DNA from: Polaribacter sp.
GTDB lineage: Bacteria; Pseudomonadota; Gammaproteobacteria; GCA-001735895
Reading direction: 5' to 3'
Length of the DNA stretch: 64,000 bases
Assembly (NCBI GenBank): GCA_047615545.1
Contig: JBLHID010000001.1
Coordinates: 8,586-72,585, forward strand
The translations under genes and the position numbers were made by a program. The notes under the pieces were generated by a model. That model did no database searches. It worked only from the letters and a program-made list of their open reading frames with translations, and was not told the origin of the DNA. Below, one piece after another: positions 32,438 through 41,187 of the stretch; the stretch's first letter is position 1; each line of letters opens with the position of its first letter.

Positions 32438-32479
32438 GTTCTATAAAGTAGCCTAAAGGCTTAAATAATGGAAAGAACG
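32345..32479 (+). repeat. left copy of a ~135-bp direct repeat (last 31 codons of gapA plus ~40 nt downstream)
   Basis: The sequence gatgacacttttgtgaagttgg...gttgcagcttaa recurs at 40723-40856. The two copies share 90/93 nt in the coding part (3 substitutions, 1 non-synonymous) and ~70% identity after the stop. Confidence 0.85.
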
Positions 32480-32644
32480 GAAGCCATTCAGGCTTATTCG
32501 GTTGGTTGAACATAGGTCAACATCTGTTTCCTGAAAGGCACTACCGAAATTTCGGAAGCGTATTTTTTGAATCGTGGAAAAGAATCATGATATAAACTGC
32601 CAAGCATTATAGAGACATGTTGACTTGTCCGTACTCTGCTCCTA

Positions 32645-34438
32645 TTACCCATGACTGCTGCGCTTCGACAACCAGCTCCCAGAATAAGTCTCATAGTAAC
32701 TCCGTAACCATAGGTCCATCCCCTCTGCAGGTTGTGGATTCGCAAAGTAATAGCCTTGCAGGTTATCGCATCCAAGACCTTTAAGCGTATCAAGTTGCTT
32801 TTCGGTTTCGACACCCTCGGCAACGACCCGCAGGCCAAGATTGTGACCCAGGTCAATAATCGACTTAACGATCAAAAAATTGTTTTTGTGTTCTAGTTTT
32901 TTTACAAAAGACTGGTCAATCTTGACCTCTTTAACGGGGAGTTGATGAAGATAGGTTAACGAGGAATATCCGGTACCAAAATCATCGATCGATAATTCGA
33001 TACCATTTTCATTTAGATTTCGCAGCTGTGCCTCCACTCGAGGAGAATTGCCCATTAGATGATTTTCCGTTACCTCCATTACCAGACCGCCCTGAGGTAT
33101 ATCCCAACTTTGCATTAGATTTACGATCCACTCGGGGTCCAATACATTACTATCGCTAAAGTCATCCGGAGAGACATTGACGGATACCTTGTTTATCACA
33201 CCCTCTCTAATCCAGCTTGAACATTGCTCCATTGCCGTTGCTATAACCCATTGAGTGATCAATGAAACCATATTGTTTTTCTCAGCAAAAGGAATGAAGT
33301 CGATAGGCGATAGCACTCTACTATCCGGGTGGTGCCATCGCACTAGCGCTTCAAGCCCAGGTGCTGATTGATGATTTGAGTCGACTTGAGGTTGATAGTA
33401 AATTTCCAACTGGTTTTCTTTTATCGCCGTAATCAAATCGGCCCGCAAATTTATAGTTAAGTCGTTCTTGGGGTCAATGGATTCGTCATAAACTGTAAAT
33501 GCTCTTCGTGAACGTTTGGCATCATACATTGCGATATCAGCCTTTCGTAACAAATCATCGACCGAGCTACCGTGAAGTGGATATTCCGCAATTCCAAAAC
33601 TACCGCTAACGACTACCTTGTGTTCTTCGTATTCTACTGGTAAATCACAAGCTTCAATTAAATTCTCGATAACCATGGCCGCTTCTACACTGCTGGTTTG
33701 ATTCAAAATTAAACAAAATTCATCACCACCGATACGAGCCAGTGTGTCACTGTTTCTCAAGCGCGCCATCATCCTGTTGGACACTTCCTGTAACACTAGG
33801 TCACCAGCTCGATGTCCCAGCGTATCGTTAATGGCTTTGAAATCATTTAGATCCAAGATCGCTAATACAAAATTGCCCTTGGCACGTTCCGCTAATGCAA
33901 TATAGCGTTTGCCACAATCCAGCAATAGTTTGCGGTTCGCAAGCCCCGTCAATGGATCGTGCAAGGAATCATAGGCATGTTGTTGGTCGGCGTCAGCAAG
34001 CTGAGTGGTGAGCGCCTCCAGCTCAGTATTGCGCCGAGCCAGTAAAATATTTTGTTGCCATAATTTTTTAAAAATCTTCACCTTGCCGATCAAAATCTCT
34101 TCATTTAATGGTTTGCAAATATAATCGACTGCACCGGCCCGATAGCCCTTGATTGAAAAATGTTCTTCTTTATTGATCGCAGTCAGAAAAATAATTGGTA
34201 TATTTGCGGAGCTTTTATTCGATAACATTAAGTCAGCAGTTTCGAAGCCATCCATGTCCGGCATATTTACATCGAGTAGCACCAGGAAGAAGTCATGCTT
34301 CATAACCTGAACCAAAGCACCTTTACCCGAATCCACCTCTATAATTTCAATTTCCAGGGATGCTAGCACTCTGCGTAAGGCATACAGATTATTGGGCTTA
34401 TCATCGACAATCAGTATTTTTGGGAGAGGTTCATTCAT
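32645..34438 (-). CDS. response regulator with REC-GGDEF-EAL domains (c-di-GMP turnover)
   Basis: 597 aa with an N-terminal receiver (ILIVDDKPNNLYAL..DVNMPDMDG), a GGDEF motif (RIGGDEFCLIL) and EAL motifs (EALVRW, DDFGTGYSSL). Confidence 0.88.
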   Translation of the reverse strand: MNEPLPKILIVDDKPNNLYALRRVLASLEIEIIEVDSGKGALVQVMKHDFFLVLLDVNMPDMDGFETADLMLSNKSSANIPIIFLTAINKEEHFSIKGYRAGAVDYICKPLNEEILIGKVKIFKKLWQQNILLARRNTELEALTTQLADADQQHAYDSLHDPLTGLANRKLLLDCGKRYIALAERAKGNFVLAILDLNDFKAINDTLGHRAGDLVLQEVSNRMMARLRNSDTLARIGGDEFCLILNQTSSVEAAMVIENLIEACDLPVEYEEHKVVVSGSFGIAEYPLHGSSVDDLLRKADIAMYDAKRSRRAFTVYDESIDPKNDLTINLRADLITAIKENQLEIYYQPQVDSNHQSAPGLEALVRWHHPDSRVLSPIDFIPFAEKNNMVSLITQWVIATAMEQCSSWIREGVINKVSVNVSPDDFSDSNVLDPEWIVNLMQSWDIPQGGLVMEVTENHLMGNSPRVEAQLRNLNENGIELSIDDFGTGYSSLTYLHQLPVKEVKIDQSFVKKLEHKNNFLIVKSIIDLGHNLGLRVVAEGVETEKQLDTLKGLGCDNLQGYYFANPQPAEGMDLWLRSYYETYSGSWLSKRSSHG

Positions 34439-34701
34439 TTTGTAAATCCATTAGCATTATTAGCAACGTTAATTCTTCCATAGATAAAGGTTCTGTCCAC
34501 CCAAATTGCTTCGATAGCTGCTCGTGGCATCACTTTTGCCTCTGCAACGCAGTCAAATAACACGTTTATAGACGACTGCGAATAGTTGACCCAATCGTTG
34601 AGAGAAAGATTGAATATTTTATCACTTTCGACCCGCAGATATCGACATTGCCGTACTTGCCTAGGATGCTCGCAGCTGCCGAGAAACTGGTGGCGGTCTT
34701 T

Positions 34702-35526
34702 TCATACATGCGCTAACCGCCGATATATTCGTTCTTTGTGCTCAAAGCTTTCGTACTCATGATCAGAATAGGTTAGCGATTCTTGGGTGCCCAAGACTAA
34801 AAAGCCACGGGGCACCAAGCTGTCGGAAAATAACTTCAATGTTCGATTTTGAAGGTTACGACCAAAATAGATCATCACATTGCGACAGATCACTACATTC
34901 ATTTCGGCAAAAACACCATCGCGGATAAGATTGTGATTGGCGAAGGTGATGCGATCGCGTAGCGTTTTCACCATGCGTGCAGAGTCGTAACCTGTTTGAT
35001 AATAATCCGAAAATGAGGATTTACCACCTGATTTCATATAGTTATCAGTATAAGTCTTCATCAGGTTTATCGGGAAAATTGCCTTTTTAGCCGATGACAG
35101 AGCCTTGTTATTGTAGTCCGTCGCATAAATACGGCAACGATCCAGCAGGCCTTCTTCTTGCAACAAGATTGCCATCGAATAAACTTCTGCTCCGGTAGCG
35201 CAACCCGCATGCCAGATATTGATTCGGGAATAGGTACGCAATTTTGGAATAACCGTTTCGCGAATCTTTTTAAAGACCCAAGGGTCACGGAACATTTCCG
35301 TGACCGTGACCGACATGTCGGTCAAAAAGCTTTCAAAAAAAGCTTGATCATGCAAAACCAACGGAATCATTTCAGATACCCGCTCTAATCCAGTAATAGC
35401 CAGACGTTGCGAAACGCGACGATTTAACGAGGCACGCGCATAATCACGAAAATCGTAACCCCAGCGTTTGAAAATAGCCTCCAGAAACAAGTCGACTTCC
35501 AGTTCATTGATATTGGGTTTTTCCAC
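34702..35526 (-). CDS. CheR-type SAM-dependent protein-glutamate methyltransferase (stand-alone)
   Basis: 274 aa with a CheR N-terminal helical domain and a SAM-binding core (IWHAGCATGAEVYSMAILL; NVVICRNVMIYF). No CheA, CheW, CheB or MCP gene is present in the cassette. Confidence 0.8.
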   Translation of the reverse strand: MEKPNINELEVDLFLEAIFKRWGYDFRDYARASLNRRVSQRLAITGLERVSEMIPLVLHDQAFFESFLTDMSVTVTEMFRDPWVFKKIRETVIPKLRTYSRINIWHAGCATGAEVYSMAILLQEEGLLDRCRIYATDYNNKALSSAKKAIFPINLMKTYTDNYMKSGGKSSFSDYYQTGYDSARMVKTLRDRITFANHNLIRDGVFAEMNVVICRNVMIYFGRNLQNRTLKLFSDSLVPRGFLVLGTQESLTYSDHEYESFEHKERIYRRLAHV

Positions 35527-35529
35527 GAT

Positions 35530-38500
35530 CTAGCGGCCAAATTCAGTACGTTCGAACAACCATACGCGCAGCATCGACTTTAATATCTCGACATTGATCG
35601 GCTTGGTTAAATATTCCGACGCACCAGCATCAATACATAAGGCGCGGTCTTCTGGCATTGCTTTGGCAGTCAATGCGATCAACGGCAACTCAGCAAACTG
35701 GCTGATGCCTCGAATTTTCCGCATGGCTTCGTTGCCATCCATAACGGGCATCATGATATCCATCAACACCAATTCTATGCTCGGATTTTCATTTAGTTTA
35801 TCGAGGGCAACTTGACCGTTTTCTGCCATCAAAACATTAAGACCTAGCTGCTGTAGCTCTCTCGACAGGGCATAGACATTGCGCATATCGTCGTCAACTA
35901 AAAGAATCGTTCTGTCTCGGAACAGCATATCATCGTTGTGTAACATTCCGACTTCCTGTTTTTCCTCGCGTTGACCGTTTACCACGCCGCTGTGCAAAAA
36001 CATTGCAACTTCATCAATTAAACGCTCGGGGGACTCGGCACCCTTGACAATAACACTGCCGGTAAACCCTAGGAGACGTACAGTCTCTTCATCGGTCAAC
36101 TCACGTCCGCTATAGATAATAATTGGTGGCAATGCGTTTTTGCTATTTTTGGACACTTTTCTCAGGATATCAAATCCACTCATGTCAGGCAGTTCCAAGT
36201 CCAAGATAACGCAATCAAACTGCTTCGACTTTATATGCCTACAAGCATCTTTGCCATTACTGGCGAATGTGAACTCGATAGTAGAACCGCGAAACAGCGA
36301 AGCGATCGCTTGTTGGTTGCCCTGATCGTCTTCGACCACAAGGATGTGGCGTATATTTTCCAATGATAGACGGTTGATATCGCCAAGGGCCGATTCAATA
36401 TCTTCTCTGGTCACGGGTTTTTGCAGATAGCCGGTGATGCCAGATGCGATTACCTCACCTTTTCGATCAAAACCAGAAATAACATGTATCGGAACACTAG
36501 CGGTCCTAGCCTGGTACTTCAGTTGCTTAATAACCTCTAGGCCGTCGATATCGGGCAATCCCATATCAAGCAATATCCCACATAGTTGGAATTCCGTCGT
36601 TAAATACAACCCGCTGCGGCCATCGGCGGCAGCCAGACATTTGTAGCCACTCGAACGCACCGTGTCCATCAACGTCTGGGCGAAGTCGCTGTCATCTTCA
36701 ATGATCAGTATGGTCTGGTCGCCTTCCTCTATTTGATTTCGGTCATCGCTAATATACTCGGTTGGTCGAAGTTCGACAGCTAAAGCCGTTAGCCCTGGTC
36801 CTGCAAAAGATGTCTGTTGCTGCGCTGCAGGGTTGATTTTTTTTGCTTCACTTCGGTCTTCTTCATTTAAGGGCAAATAAAGACTGAAACAGCTACCTTC
36901 ACCCTCTTTACTCTCTACCAAAATTTCCCCACCTAGTAAATGTGTGAGTTCACGGGATATCGAGAGGCCCAAGCCCGTTCCACCATGTTTGCGACTAGTA
37001 GTACCGTCCACCTGCTGAAAAGCGTCGAATACCAGTTGCTGTTTATCCATTGGAATGCCGATGCCGGTGTCGATTACCGAAAATACCAACAGGTCCTTAT
37101 TTTTCAGTTCGTTTAAACCAGGGTCCATATTAGAGTTATGCGGGGATATTCGTAAAGTTACCTTGCCGGTCTCGGTGAATTTGAACGCGTTCGAGAGAAA
37201 ATTTCTCAATATCTGTTCTAGACGCTGCCCATCCGTATTGATCGATTCGGGTGCTGTGTCGGTAATATCCACCTCGAATTTCAGATTCTTCGAAGTTGCA
37301 ACTGGATTGAACAACCGTTGCAAACCGTCGCTAAAGGGTTCAAGTTCTACCAACTCATCATTAACCATCAACATGCCGGCCTCCACCTTGGACAAGTCCA
37401 TGATGTCATTGATCAGGTTCAGTAAATCCTGACCGCCTTCGTAGATAATTTTGGCATCTTCAATTTGCTCATCCTGTAAGTTGCCGAGGCGGTTGGACAT
37501 CAAACTTTTTGACAGTAATAACATGCTGTTTAACGGGGTGCGAAGTTCGTGTGACATATTGGCCAGGAACTGTGATTTATAGGTGTTGATCACTTTAAGT
37601 TCATGGGCCTGTTCTTCAAGCTCGATCTGAACCTGCTTGAACAATACATTGCTAGCTTCGATTTCTTTTTTCTGCTTTTGCAGCGATTCGGTCTTTTCCT
37701 CCATCTCTTCATTGGAACTTCGCAATTCTTCCTGTTGAGTCTGCAATTCCTCAGATTGAGTCTGGGACTCTTCGAGAAGATTACTAACCCTTTCCTGATT
37801 TTGGCCGGCGCGCACCGCTATTGCGATGGCACCTGACACTAATTCGACAAACTCTATCTGCAAGTCGGTGAATGGCTCGAAGGATCCTATTTCGATTGCA
37901 CCGATGACCCGGTCTTCGAGCCTGAGCGGTACTATCATCAAGTGACGCGGTACTGCTCCACCAAGCCCCGAATTGATCTCGATATAATCATCTGGCAACT
38001 CTGATACCATAATGGTATTGGCGTCTTGAATAGCCTGACCCACCGAGCCTTCTCCGGCCTTAATCGTCCTCAGGGCATGTTTGTGGTGGGAATAGGCGTA
38101 ACTACCTGTCCGGGTGTAGGCATCGTTGTCATTGGCTAAATAAATAACACCGACCGAAGCCCCCACATATTTCGCCAAACCGATGATTATACTGTTACTT
38201 AGCTCATCTAATGCTCGACCCGCACCCATGACATCCGCCATCTCTGCCTGACCATTTTTGGTCCACTGAAAGCGTTCGTTTAGCTCAGCGGAACTCATGA
38301 TGACGTTAAGCACGTTGCGAATCATAAAAAAGGAAAAGATCCCGCCTAAAATAGTACTTAGCACCAATGTAGTGAGAATCAAAAAAAGGTTCTCGTCGAA
38401 CACCTGGTTACCCAGCTCTCGGTTAGTGTCCATCGATAGTTTATTCGCAGTAACCACTTCGCTGATAATTACTTCGGCCTGATCCGCTAATTCTCGGCCT

Positions 38501-40221
38501 TTACCTGAGGCAAGATCGAATGCGAGCTGATTGCCATTTTGCCTCGAGAGCATTCGAACCTTTTCATTGATGGCCAGAAAATTTAACCAGGATTGCTCAA
38601 AGCGGTTCAGAGAGTTCAATTCATTGCCAATGGACAGGAGTTTTAATTGTTTGATCTTTTCTCCCAAGTTAGATTTGAATAACGCTAACGAATCAGAAAA
38701 ACTGTCCATGCCTTCCTGTGTTTTTTCGAGGATCAGACTCTTCTCAGCCCGGTGTATTGCCAACATGTCCTGGATCATGCGCGAAACGATCAACTTTCGT
38801 TCGTTTGCCAGCGCCAGCTGATTTACGCTCTCAATGTTTAGTGCGACATTTCCCTTGACGGTAATATCCAGTTGCAGTTCAGCCTGATCCGCTAATAGGC
38901 GTCCTTCATTTGTGGCTAGATCAAAAGCACGTCGGTTTCCATTTTCCCGAGAAAATTTACGTACCTGGATGTTGTGTGCGCGGTAATTCTTATAAGCTAG
39001 TTTCGATTTTTGGAACGAATTCATATTTTCGCTGTTTGTTTCGAGTGCCGCCTGCAATCGGTCGAAGCGCCTATCGATTTCGATTTCCAGATCCAACATT
39101 ATCTGCATGTATGTGTCTTTGTCAGTCTGGGTTGGCGCCAGAATCAGGTTTTTTTCTGCGCGCTGATACTCCACTACATTGCGCAACAGCCGTGATGTCG
39201 ACTGAATAATCTGGCCGGAGTTCAGCAGTTTGAAAACATCGGTAGAGATATCATCGCTCTGAAAGCGCTCTTCGTGAAATTTACTTATTTTGAATAGCGC
39301 GGTTTCAAGAGTTTCGAAAGATTGTCGCGCATCGCCGATAGACAAGTTGAGTGCGCGAACATTGGAGTTAAGCAGGGTTAATTCTAGCACCTGTTGGTAG
39401 ACATCGCTCCACTGGTTCCATGTTCGGGAAAACTTGTCTAGATCAGAACTACCGTCTGCGGTCGTCAGTTCTCTTAAAGCCCTTCGATTGGAGAACAAAT
39501 CATCTTGTAAGACTTCAATGCGGTTCGCGTACTGACGCATATCCTCGACGTTGGTTGATAGAATAATATTTCTTTCTGCGCGCAGTATTAACAGCATATC
39601 ATTTTGAATCTGGGTGCCGTAAACAATTTTTAGTTGAGCACCAGCCGCCCGTTTCTCGTAACTTTCCGCTGTCTGGTCGGCCACGGCAACAATACCACGC
39701 AGCTCTGTTTCGGCGTTATCGAAGGCGCTGCGCGCCGCCGTTGCAGATAGCTCTCTGGCTTGTACATTTGAGTTCAGTCGTGCATATTCGCGGACCTTGT
39801 TGTCAATAGCCATGTACTCGGATATTTTTTGACGAAACTTGATAATCTTGTCGCTGTTCTTCTTATCTACTAGTGTTTGAATTAAATTCACGCGTTCAAT
39901 TAAATCGAGATGTGTTTGTTGGATAAAGACTGCATATTCATCCATTTCAGCTTGGGTTTGAGCAGTAATAATATTTTTTTCGGCCCGCGTTATCTTCAAT
40001 AAATCTTGCTGAATTTTTTCACCAAGCTGTAATTTATTCGCAGAAATATCCACGATGTCGTTCACATTTTTTTTAAGAGCCTCTAACGCGTTAATACCCA
40101 CGATTCCGACACCCAATATGGCAATAATCAGTAAAGCACTGATTATTGCCAATTTAATACCAATGGCTCGTTGCGATTCAGTCATAATTTTGATCCCTTT
40201 AATATCACCGCTGGTTATCAA
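35530..40221 (-). CDS. giant hybrid sensor histidine kinase: TM, four tandem helical sensor repeats, TM, GAF, coiled coil, HisKA, HATPase, three REC domains
   Basis: 1563 aa. Four ~120-aa periplasmic repeats each carry an R-A-E-(K/R)-(N/S)-(I/L)-IL motif. The H-box is MSHELRTPLNSM and the G-box is GGTGLGLSISRELTHLLGGEI. The three receivers carry ILIIEDD..LDMGLPDIDG, ILVVEDD..LDLELPDMSG and ILLVDDD..MDIMMPVMDG. Confidence 0.85.
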   Translation of the reverse strand: MITSGDIKGIKIMTESQRAIGIKLAIISALLIIAILGVGIVGINALEALKKNVNDIVDISANKLQLGEKIQQDLLKITRAEKNIITAQTQAEMDEYAVFIQQTHLDLIERVNLIQTLVDKKNSDKIIKFRQKISEYMAIDNKVREYARLNSNVQARELSATAARSAFDNAETELRGIVAVADQTAESYEKRAAGAQLKIVYGTQIQNDMLLILRAERNIILSTNVEDMRQYANRIEVLQDDLFSNRRALRELTTADGSSDLDKFSRTWNQWSDVYQQVLELTLLNSNVRALNLSIGDARQSFETLETALFKISKFHEERFQSDDISTDVFKLLNSGQIIQSTSRLLRNVVEYQRAEKNLILAPTQTDKDTYMQIMLDLEIEIDRRFDRLQAALETNSENMNSFQKSKLAYKNYRAHNIQVRKFSRENGNRRAFDLATNEGRLLADQAELQLDITVKGNVALNIESVNQLALANERKLIVSRMIQDMLAIHRAEKSLILEKTQEGMDSFSDSLALFKSNLGEKIKQLKLLSIGNELNSLNRFEQSWLNFLAINEKVRMLSRQNGNQLAFDLASGKGRELADQAEVIISEVVTANKLSMDTNRELGNQVFDENLFLILTTLVLSTILGGIFSFFMIRNVLNVIMSSAELNERFQWTKNGQAEMADVMGAGRALDELSNSIIIGLAKYVGASVGVIYLANDNDAYTRTGSYAYSHHKHALRTIKAGEGSVGQAIQDANTIMVSELPDDYIEINSGLGGAVPRHLMIVPLRLEDRVIGAIEIGSFEPFTDLQIEFVELVSGAIAIAVRAGQNQERVSNLLEESQTQSEELQTQQEELRSSNEEMEEKTESLQKQKKEIEASNVLFKQVQIELEEQAHELKVINTYKSQFLANMSHELRTPLNSMLLLSKSLMSNRLGNLQDEQIEDAKIIYEGGQDLLNLINDIMDLSKVEAGMLMVNDELVELEPFSDGLQRLFNPVATSKNLKFEVDITDTAPESINTDGQRLEQILRNFLSNAFKFTETGKVTLRISPHNSNMDPGLNELKNKDLLVFSVIDTGIGIPMDKQQLVFDAFQQVDGTTSRKHGGTGLGLSISRELTHLLGGEILVESKEGEGSCFSLYLPLNEEDRSEAKKINPAAQQQTSFAGPGLTALAVELRPTEYISDDRNQIEEGDQTILIIEDDSDFAQTLMDTVRSSGYKCLAAADGRSGLYLTTEFQLCGILLDMGLPDIDGLEVIKQLKYQARTASVPIHVISGFDRKGEVIASGITGYLQKPVTREDIESALGDINRLSLENIRHILVVEDDQGNQQAIASLFRGSTIEFTFASNGKDACRHIKSKQFDCVILDLELPDMSGFDILRKVSKNSKNALPPIIIYSGRELTDEETVRLLGFTGSVIVKGAESPERLIDEVAMFLHSGVVNGQREEKQEVGMLHNDDMLFRDRTILLVDDDMRNVYALSRELQQLGLNVLMAENGQVALDKLNENPSIELVLMDIMMPVMDGNEAMRKIRGISQFAELPLIALTAKAMPEDRALCIDAGASEYLTKPINVEILKSMLRVWLFERTEFGR

Positions 40222-40722
40222 CGCTCAGAAAACTTTTCCGATATAAGTTCAAACCCATGTAACTAATGTCCGTAATGACCCAGCCGACAGCGGTATTGCT
40301 AGCATAGTCGAGGACCACAGAGCCCCACTTTGTGTCAATACTTGATAACCTTTTTATTAATATTTTTAGCTTAATTTTAACCACTAGTGTTTGAGGGGAA
40401 GGCAATGGGAAACTCAATAATTCAGCCGAATTCTAAGCTAAATCGGGCTAAAAAGCATGTTCGGTGCCTATTTGTTAAAATATACTGTAAGTAAATATCT
40501 ACGAATCAATCGGACCGACCGGCTTTAATGAAATAGACACAAGCCGCATTATCCAGCATTTGGTATCACTTTAAGACATTGATATCATTCCGGCAAAGTA
40601 CCGTAAAGAACCAATTTGAGTCGCTATTAGGAACGTCTGCCTATTTGACGGGGCCACCAAACAGAATCTGTTTTTTATAAAAAATCTGAAATGTACGGGT
40701 ACTGAATATGCGCAGTATGAAT

Positions 40723-40856
40723 GATGACACTTTTGTGAAGTTGGCTGCTTGGTATGACAATGAATATGGTTATACCTGCAATATGTTGCGCCTAGCTGAA
40801 CATGTTGCAGCTTAAGCTCTATAACGCAGCCCAAGGCCTAAATCATGAGAAGAACA
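40723..40856 (+). repeat. right copy of the ~135-bp direct repeat (orphan gapA 3' fragment of 31 codons plus stop, then diverged flank)
   Basis: It encodes [30 protein letters not shown] with no upstream gapA body. It is nearly identical to 32345-32437 and defines the distal boundary of the 8.4-kb insertion. Confidence 0.85.
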
Positions 40857-41187
40857 AGCACGATGACTGAGGGAAACGTTGGTGTCTCTCGATGCGGCGC
40901 CTATTACCATTGCAGTGCGAGTTGTATTCACGGTGCATGCTTTTACATTTAGCGAGTTATCAAAGGGAGATGTTAAAAATATCCCCTCTGTGCTTTTTGT
41001 TTTAATAAAGGTACATCTTAGAGGTGGTTTGCCTGCCGATGTTATTGAAGTATAAAAAAGGGGCTGTATACCTATAGCACCTTCAGAGAGGGGTCTTATG
41101 ATAGGATGTTTGACTCTTGCTATTCACGGGGAGCACCGATGAGATATGATGCACCCCATAGTAATTAATCCCTTTTGAGAGAAAAAA

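Noticed and set aside
32301-32513. 70-aa minus-strand ORF, and its near-twin at 40571-40834, both containing [32 protein letters not shown]
   Set aside because: They are antisense translations of the duplicated gapA 3' end. Their similarity simply reflects the direct repeat and they are not genes.
32480-40722. Calling the gapA-gpmI insert a complete integrative element or genomic island
   Set aside because: There is no integrase, excisionase, transposase or conjugation gene within it. I report it only as a repeat-flanked insertion of unknown mechanism.
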